A stretch of 64,000 nucleotides of DNA, from contig CAVYXZ010000012.1 of NCBI GenBank assembly GCA_963772595.1, positions 202,191 to 266,190 of the forward strand, read 5' to 3'. The notes beneath the pieces were generated by a model, which saw only the letters and a list, made by a program, of their open reading frames with translations, made no database searches and was not told the origin of the DNA. The translations under genes were made by a program, and so were the position numbers. Numbering within the stretch: the first letter of the stretch is position 1; each line of letters begins with the position of its first letter. This document shows positions 61,197 through 64,000 of this stretch, piece by piece. The stretch is from an uncultured Chloroflexia bacterium (lineage in GTDB: Bacteria; Chloroflexota; Anaerolineae; Aggregatilineales; Phototrophicaceae).

Positions 61197-63068
61197 ATGG
61201 CCGTTTATCAAGACACCCAACGCATGAATCCCTGGCTGATCCGTTTGCCGATCCTGTTCATTCTGGCGGTGGCCCTCGTTATCCTGCTGCTGGCGGGCTT
61301 CGTCGTCGGCGTGCAGCAGGTCTACGCGCAGACGGTCATGCCGGGCGTCTGGGTGAGCGGCGTCAACCTGGGCGGGCTGACCCGGTCGCAGGCCATCGGT
61401 GTGCTGGATAACAACCTCAACTATGATCAGGACGCGGTCTTCACCTTCCGTTATGGCGATGAGATCAGGCCGGAATGGCAGTTCACGGCGGGCGAGTTGG
61501 GCGTGCATTACGATCTGGACGCGACCGTAGACGCGGCCATGCAGGCTGGACGAAGCAGCGGCAGTCCGCTGGCGAACCTGGCAGAGCAGGCCAGCATCTG
61601 GCTAACGGGCAAGGAGATCGGGCTGCTGGTCACTTATGATGAGACCGCAGCGCAGGCGCATCTGGAAGCGATTGCCAGCCAGATCGACCATCCGGCGCAG
61701 GACGCGACGCTGACGATCAAGGACCTGACGGTCACGACCACACCCGCCACCGTCGGCCAGACGGTCGATGTCGCGGCTACCTTAAACGCACTCAGGACAC
61801 AGATCGAGCCGCTGGATACCGGCGCGGAGATTCCGCTGGTGATTCACGAGGACCTGCCGCTGGTGGTCGATACAGAAGCGGCGGCCAACAAGGCGCGGGC
61901 AGCGCTCTCCGGCCCGGTCACGATCCTGGCCGACAGCCCGGACGGCCAGCCGCGCGGCCCCTGGAGCGCCATGCCGGAGCAGATCGCTTCGCTGCTGACG
62001 AAGACGCCCGTCTACAACGACGACGGTACGGTGCGCTACGAGATCGGCGTGAATATCGAGGCCTTCCGCGATTTCATGAACCGCATGGCCCCTACACTGG
62101 AGACCCCGGCGGAGAACGGGCGTTTTCACTTCAACGAGGACACGCGCCAGCTTGAGGTTTTCCAACTGGCGATCAATGGTCGGCAGATGAACGTGGACGA
62201 GACCCTGAAGCGTCTGGAAGCGGCCATCTTCAACCCCGACCCGGCGCAGCGGCAGGTCTACGTGGCCTACAATTACGTTCTGCCCGAATATCACAACGAC
62301 ATCACCGCCGGGGCGCTCGGCATCACCGAGATGATCTCGCAGGGCACCACCTATTACACCGGCTCATCGGCCCCGCGTATCCAGAATATCATCGAATCGG
62401 CCCAGCGCTTCGACGGTGTCATCATCGGCCCCGGCGAAGAATTTTCCTTCAATGACATCCTGGGCGACATCAGCCCGGAGGAAGGTTTCACTGAAGGTTT
62501 CGTCATCGTCGGCGACCGCACGGTCAAGGGCGTCGGCGGCGGAGTCTGTCAGGTGAGCACGACGGTTTTCCAGGCAGCTTTCTATGCGGGTTTCCCCATC
62601 ACTGAACGCTGGGCGCATGGCTATCGCGTCGGCTATTACGAGCAGGGCGAGGGGCCGGGCATGGATGCCTCGGTTTACCAGGGCGATCCTGGCGAGCGCA
62701 GCCTGGATTTCCGCTTCGTCAACGACACGCCCTACCATCTCCTGATCGAGACCTCGATTTTCCCTGGTGATGATGCGGTCCAGTTCCGCTTCTACAGCAC
62801 CAATCCGGGACGACAGGTAGTCAAAAGCGGGCCGGAGATCAGCAACATTACAGAGCCGCCGCCGCCGCGCTACATCGCCAATGCGGATCTCTACGCCGGG
62901 CAGGAGCACTGGCTGGAGCGCCCGGTCGAGGGGGCCTATGTCGTGGTCAACCGGACCATTCTGGATTCCAACGGCAAGGAACTCGACAGCACCGATTTCC
63001 GCGCCAATTACCTGCCCTGGGGCGCGCTCATCGAGGTCCCACCCGGCGATGCGCGACTGACGGGGTGA
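61197..63068 (+). CDS. VanW-family protein
   Basis: N-terminal TM; VanW domain …GGGVCQVSTTVFQAAFYAGFPITERWAHGYRVGYYEQGEGPGMDASVY…. Confidence 0.75.
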   Translation: MAVYQDTQRMNPWLIRLPILFILAVALVILLLAGFVVGVQQVYAQTVMPGVWVSGVNLGGLTRSQAIGVLDNNLNYDQDAVFTFRYGDEIRPEWQFTAGELGVHYDLDATVDAAMQAGRSSGSPLANLAEQASIWLTGKEIGLLVTYDETAAQAHLEAIASQIDHPAQDATLTIKDLTVTTTPATVGQTVDVAATLNALRTQIEPLDTGAEIPLVIHEDLPLVVDTEAAANKARAALSGPVTILADSPDGQPRGPWSAMPEQIASLLTKTPVYNDDGTVRYEIGVNIEAFRDFMNRMAPTLETPAENGRFHFNEDTRQLEVFQLAINGRQMNVDETLKRLEAAIFNPDPAQRQVYVAYNYVLPEYHNDITAGALGITEMISQGTTYYTGSSAPRIQNIIESAQRFDGVIIGPGEEFSFNDILGDISPEEGFTEGFVIVGDRTVKGVGGGVCQVSTTVFQAAFYAGFPITERWAHGYRVGYYEQGEGPGMDASVYQGDPGERSLDFRFVNDTPYHLLIETSIFPGDDAVQFRFYSTNPGRQVVKSGPEISNITEPPPPRYIANADLYAGQEHWLERPVEGAYVVVNRTILDSNGKELDSTDFRANYLPWGALIEVPPGDARLTG

Positions 63069-63074
63069 GATTTT

Positions 63075-63131
63075 GCCGTCGAATTCATTCGGCGGCAAGC
63101 TTCCAAGTCCTTTCAAGACTTGTGGCTCCGG
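63075..63131 (-). repeat. inverted copy of REP-like unit B (hairpin gccgtcgaattcattcggcggc + ccaagtcctttca)
   Basis: Reverse complement matches 3023-3093. Confidence 0.6.
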
Positions 63132-63139
63132 GTTGCTCA

Positions 63140-63599
63140 TCAGGCGTGGAATCCGTGAGTTCTAACAACTGGCAGTAGGTTAACGTTCCGGCATGGCACA
63201 ACCCCCCAGGGGTTTGGGCCTTTGCCGGGGATTTTATTGCCCGGCAGCGCGTGCCATCGCAGCGGGATAAAGTCACTGGCAAAGTCTTCAGCGTTGCTTG
63301 CGCCGATGGCGATTTCAAGATCGTTCACAGCTTGCCTGATAGACAGTGACTCCGGAACCAGGATAACACCCGTCATAGGCAACCCCTGCTCGACGCGAGC
63401 ATAAGCATCACCGACCAGAGTCTGGACATCGTGCGTCAGAATGATACGCGCTTCAAGAGCGGCCCATTCGAGGACTACTGGATACCGGCGCTTGATAGAG
63501 GGCCGGATCCTGTACCCGCACAATGTCTAAATCGGGGAAGCGTCTAAGCAGCGCTTTGATGATAATGCCTTTGAAATTTTCGTCGGCTGCGAAGCGCAT
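63140..63599 (-). CDS. DUF5615 (PIN-like) putative toxin. 3' end uncertain: the ORF reads through the REP-like unit.
   Basis: MRFAADENFKGIIIKALLRRFPDLDIVRVQD…ILEWAALEARIILTHDVQTLVGDAYARVEQGLPMTGVILVPESL…. Confidence 0.5.
63192..63252 (-). repeat. inverted copy of REP-like unit A
   Basis: Reverse complement ggcacgcgctgccgggcaataaaatccccggcaaaggcccaaacccctggggggttgtgcc. Confidence 0.65.
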
Positions 63600-63601
63600 C
63601 A

Positions 63602-63955
63602 GGCGTCTGCGTCGTGCTTGCGGGCTTCCAGTCGCTTGAGCAGTTCCTCGCGGGTCACTTTGGGGGGGTAGCGGGCTTCCATCGTCCTGCCGGATGCGCT
63701 CGGCTTCCTCCACGGCGGCGTTGCAGATAGGCGTCCATTTCCTCGCGGTGTGCCAGATAGTAGGCAATGACCGCGTAAATGTCGGTGAGCGGCAACCGTA
63801 GGGAAGAATTCCTGCATGCAGGTCTTCCGGCGACTCGCCTCTGAAGATAAGTAGCGGATGATCGAATCGAAGGTGACGCGCGTACCGCTCACGCGAAGCG
63901 CGCCGTGTTCGTCCATGCGCAGCGGAATAATCATGGTCAGCGGGTCGGGGATCAT
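63602..63955 (-). CDS. DUF433 putative antitoxin (2 frame changes)
   Basis: MIPDPLTMIIPLRMDEHGALRVSGTRVTFDSIIRYL… then, in other frames, …LTDIYAVIAYYLAHREEMDAYLQRRREEAERIRQ. Immediately upstream of DUF5615. Confidence 0.5.
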
Positions 63956-64000
63956 TGGGCTGCCGTCCTTCGATTTCGGATACGCTCATTGTATCACGAA

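Noticed and set aside
1-64000. CRISPR arrays, rRNA genes, integrases, or other phage structural genes
   Set aside because: No regularly spaced direct repeats with unique spacers, no rRNA-like conserved stretches, no integrase-like ORFs. The only mobile-element protein is the IS200-like TnpA.

Overview
64 kb of a high-GC (about 60-65%) bacterial chromosome, roughly 60 genes, mostly housekeeping and accessory. The gene content (LexA with a GAAC-N4-GTTC-like box, Ser/Thr kinase with FHA partners, MoxR/DUF58, many ABC-2 systems) suggests a Chloroflexota- or Actinobacteria-like organism; this is inference only. Recognisable core genes: lexA, dnaN, tRNA-Phe(GAA), leuS, and a kbl-tdh threonine-catabolism pair. 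Main blocks: (i) 1-4.2 kb, an FtsX-type permease, an IS200-like Y1 transposase gene embedded in a family of REP-like hairpin repeats, and an RCK-gated K+ channel; (ii) 4.25-6.15 kb, a low-GC islet holding a Dam-like adenine methyltransferase pseudogene whose catalytic motifs carry in-frame stop codons; (iii) 6-16 kb, a helicase-associated-domain protein, a low-GC FGE-sulfatase-domain gene, lexA with a textbook promoter and SOS-box-like sites, and a tandem [DHFR-like + AraC] array with one compositionally skewed copy; (iv) 17-33 kb, kbl-tdh flanked by short repeats, an orphan metal-type ABC ATPase, leuS, and duplicated secreted-protein genes; (v) 35-51 kb, a signalling/remodelling neighbourhood (Ser/Thr kinase, REC-roadblock protein, ECF sigma, DUF58, MoxR ATPase, a poly-Q membrane protein, an ABC-2/GldG-like operon interrupted by two lamin-tail-domain paralogs, an FHA protein); (vi) 51-64 kb, flotillin, a TetR-regulated ABC-2 exporter, GH43, GT1, an S1 protease, VanW, and a DUF433/DUF5615 toxin-antitoxin-like pair next to inverted copies of the same REP-like repeats. 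Many long genes, including essential leuS, are broken by clustered frame changes. This looks like local indel error in the assembly rather than real pseudogenisation, so all boundaries are approximate. No CRISPR array and no rRNA were seen.
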